In this document: one piece after another, positions 9,131-11,000 of the stretch
Layout of the letters: each line of letters starts with the position of its first letter
Numbering within the stretch: position 1 is the first letter of the stretch
Assembly (NCBI GenBank): GCA_030704615.1
Contig: JAKLZA010000240.1
Location: 1-11,000, forward strand
DNA: 11,000 bases
Origin: Takakia lepidozioides
Taxonomy: Eukaryota > Plantae > Bryophyta
Direction: 5' to 3'
Translations under genes and position numbers: made by a program
Notes under the pieces: generated by a model
Database searches by the model: none
Seen by the model: only the letters and a program-made list of their open reading frames with translations
What the model was told of the DNA's origin: nothing

Positions 9131-9961
9131 TGGAAGGGCTCAAACGGAATGTTAAGGCTCCGACAGAGCGGAAGTCTCCTCGGATTCGTCGAAGTCCGAG
9201 GAAGACACAGTGGACATTGATGCGAGGAGAACCCGGAATACGAGTGAGTGCAAACATTGTAAGTTTGCAAAGCCTTCTGGGTCATTTTTGTCAAACGAAT
9301 TTCCCCCGACTGTGGTTCTCATTAGTCTCGTTGATGATTGTCATGTGCAGGATTGCAGGGTCCGGGTCGAAACATGTAGGGCCTACACTTCCTGCCAGGA
9401 AGAATGTCCCGTTCTTTGCGAGGGCCGACTTCATGACGAGCCCCGGTGAGGGACTACTCCTTTCCTAGTTATGCAGCTAAACTCGCAAATACAGCGATTA
9501 GAAGAAGTGAGAATCCCAGTAAAGTAGAGCAGATTTGGAGAGGGCTAGGGAGGACAGAAGGATAAGGAAAGAGTTGGCAGCAGCTCAGACAGGTAGACGG
9601 TACGAAAGTACATATGTGATTCAGCAGCGGATGAGAGCGACGCAGACAGGGAGGAAGACGACCCAACGGAGGTGAGATGGACAGTTCCGCAAGGGGAAGA
9701 TGGGATTTTTCGAAAGCCTGGCCAACGAGCAGTCCGCTGGAGATGAGAAAGGCACTGAGGGGGTGGAGGCGGAGCAGGACAAGTCTAGAACAGGATGAGG
9801 ATTCGGATGATTTTCAAGATTAATAGAATTTTAATGAAGTCTCTGTAAATGTAAATTCTCTTCCAGAGTATATAAAGGAAATTCTGCCCGACATTCGTGA
9901 CCCCTCTCCAGTGTGCATTCCAGCCACACAATCGCCAAACCACGACGCTCCCAAAAAATCA

Positions 9962-10123
9962 GAAATGGGGCACCGCATTTCCAAGATTTTGGCAACTCTA
10001 AGAACCTCTTTTTGGAAATGCGGCACCGCATTTCCAAACAGGGGAGGGACTAAATTTTTCCATTTCAATGTTGGCATAGTAAAAAGTAATCGGCCGATTG
10101 GAAATGCGGTGCCGCATTTCCAA
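9962..10123. repeat. Subterminal cluster of three palindrome copies
   Basis: GAAATG starts at 9962, 10015 and 10101. The last two have extended arms, TTGGAAATGCGG-NN-CCGCATTTCCAA. The first spacing is again 53 bp. Confidence 0.92.
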
Positions 10124-10190
10124 AATTTCATTTGTCCACACGCCAGTTTTGGCCTCTCCCGCTCATTGCATGGATGCCACCACGCTTACA

Positions 10191-10224
10191 GAGGTCGAAC
10201 AAGGAGGTCGAACAAGGAGGTCGA
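10191..10224 (+). repeat. 13-bp direct repeat GAGGTCGAACAAG x2.6 next to the putative end
   Basis: Copies at 10191-10203, 10204-10216 and a partial copy at 10217-10224. Confidence 0.9.
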
Positions 10225-10236
10225 GATGGCGGAATT

Positions 10237-10256
10237 GAAAATGCGGTGCTGTAGTG
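10237..10256 (-). other. Putative right terminus / TIR start, 5'-CACTACAGCACCGCATTTTC
   Basis: The last half-site of the motif is joined directly to TGTAGTG, and base composition changes immediately after. The left end and target-site duplication are not visible. Confidence 0.55.
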
Positions 10257-11000
10257 TGAAAAGAAGGGGGCATATATCCCCTTCTGTCTAATCCTAATCT
10301 AGTTCTTAGTGCAAGGTCTTGTTGTTATCCTGGTTCTCCCACACAGGTTGGCTACATCCATGTTGTTTATGATCAGAGTTCATGAAGCCCTCATCCACGC
10401 CGCAGCGGAAGAGAAGACATGGATGGGACAAGTGAAGGTGTTTCCTGCATAGTGCAACAGGCCTGACTAGGGTTCTGTCTTGCACCAGCTTAGTTTTCAT
10501 GCTGATATAGTCACTCAAACAGCTTACCAGTGGGTTAATGACAGCCTATGAGTTCACCATTTGCATGTAGCATCTACATTGAACCCCCTTTGTTGTCATG
10601 CAATCACCGAAAGTGCAAGGCAACATGTATCTACCATACAATGCAGGTCTGATATTTCTATCCAACTCATGGTCTTTCCTTTATCTCTCAACTGACCCTC
10701 CTCTCATCATTCTTTTGCTGAGCGGATCTCTCTTCTTCCCAATGTTTTATCTCCCTTTTCTGATGCAAGTGCCCATATTGGACCAGACAGCCCTTCTATC
10801 ACCATTCCCAATTGACATGCATCATCTCTTATCCTCTCTACACCATTCTGGTTTGAAGACCAGACCACCACTCCATTTCATTTTCAAAAACCCTTTTTCC
10901 TCTCTATCACATGTCTCTATCCTTTTTCCCTTCTATCAAGAGCAAGTCCTAAATCTGCCCAAAAACGATTTTCTAAGTCACACCCAAAAAGGAAGCATCC
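10257..11000. other. CpG-depleted flanking DNA with no recognisable gene
   Basis: Manual count gives about 6 CpG in 744 bp, no motif copies and no convincing ORF. Confidence 0.55.

Larger units (their letters stand above)
4677..9823 (+). pseudogene. Multi-exon accessory gene: disordered N-terminus, ParB/Srx-like domain, helical region, basic linker, beta-class amino-DNA-methyltransferase-like domain, acidic tail; frameshifted in this copy
   Basis: Probable ATG 4677 (MPKGRKQ). Frame-preserving GT-AG introns: 6113-6224, 6415-6514, 6800-6879, 7000-7082, 8949-9049. Probable introns with less certain ends or phase: 4761-4863/4890, 7300 or 7341-7445, 8575-8678, 9244-9350/9358. Probable end ...EQDEDSDDFQD-TAA at 9821-9823. 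Lesions at ~5714, 8259-8261 (TAG), ~8310, ~8387, ~8880 and probably others. Confidence 0.75.
1..10256. mobile_element. Large two-gene DNA transposon (MULE-type transposase plus ParB-MTase-like accessory gene); left end lies outside the window
   Basis: Contains a DDE transposase. One palindromic motif occurs in the intergenic array, in introns, subterminally and as a half-site next to the candidate end TGTAGTG (10250-10256). The motif is absent and CpG drops after 10256. Confidence 0.75.

Noticed and set aside
4677-9823. Bacterial, plasmid or phage parABS or restriction-modification locus (contamination)
   Set aside because: Several frame-preserving GT-AG introns, one splitting MTase motif I; no ParA, restriction enzyme or operon structure.
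10303-11000. Coding sequence or retroelement fragment in the flank, including ORF 10306-10518
   Set aside because: Frequent stops in the frames checked and no recognisable motif.

Overview
Eukaryotic, intron-containing DNA, probably from a non-seed land plant or other streptophyte (inferred). Positions 1-~10256 look like the right-hand part of one large DNA transposon with two divergent genes around a palindrome array. (1) On the minus strand, a stop-free frame from 2544 to 1, absent from the ORF track because it runs off the window, encodes a Mutator/MULE-type DDE transposase with an N-terminal GCM-like (WRKY-GCM1 superfamily) zinc domain; one 83-nt intron precedes the catalytic Glu. (2) A 1.6-kb array holds about 29 palindromes (ACGGAAATGCGG-NN-CCGCATTTCCGT) at a near-exact 53-bp period, with five recurring spacer classes. 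(3) On the plus strand, a multi-exon gene (~4677-9823), disrupted in this copy by frameshifts and one in-frame stop, encodes a ParB/Srx-like domain (DGNHRLLA) and a C-terminal beta-class N4C/N6A DNA-methyltransferase-like domain. The same palindrome recurs in three introns and near the right end, which finishes in TGTAGTG (CACTACA on the minus strand); CpG density falls sharply beyond it. The combination is a candidate transposon-encoded self-recognition and DNA-marking system. All domain calls come from motif recognition by eye, without database searches.
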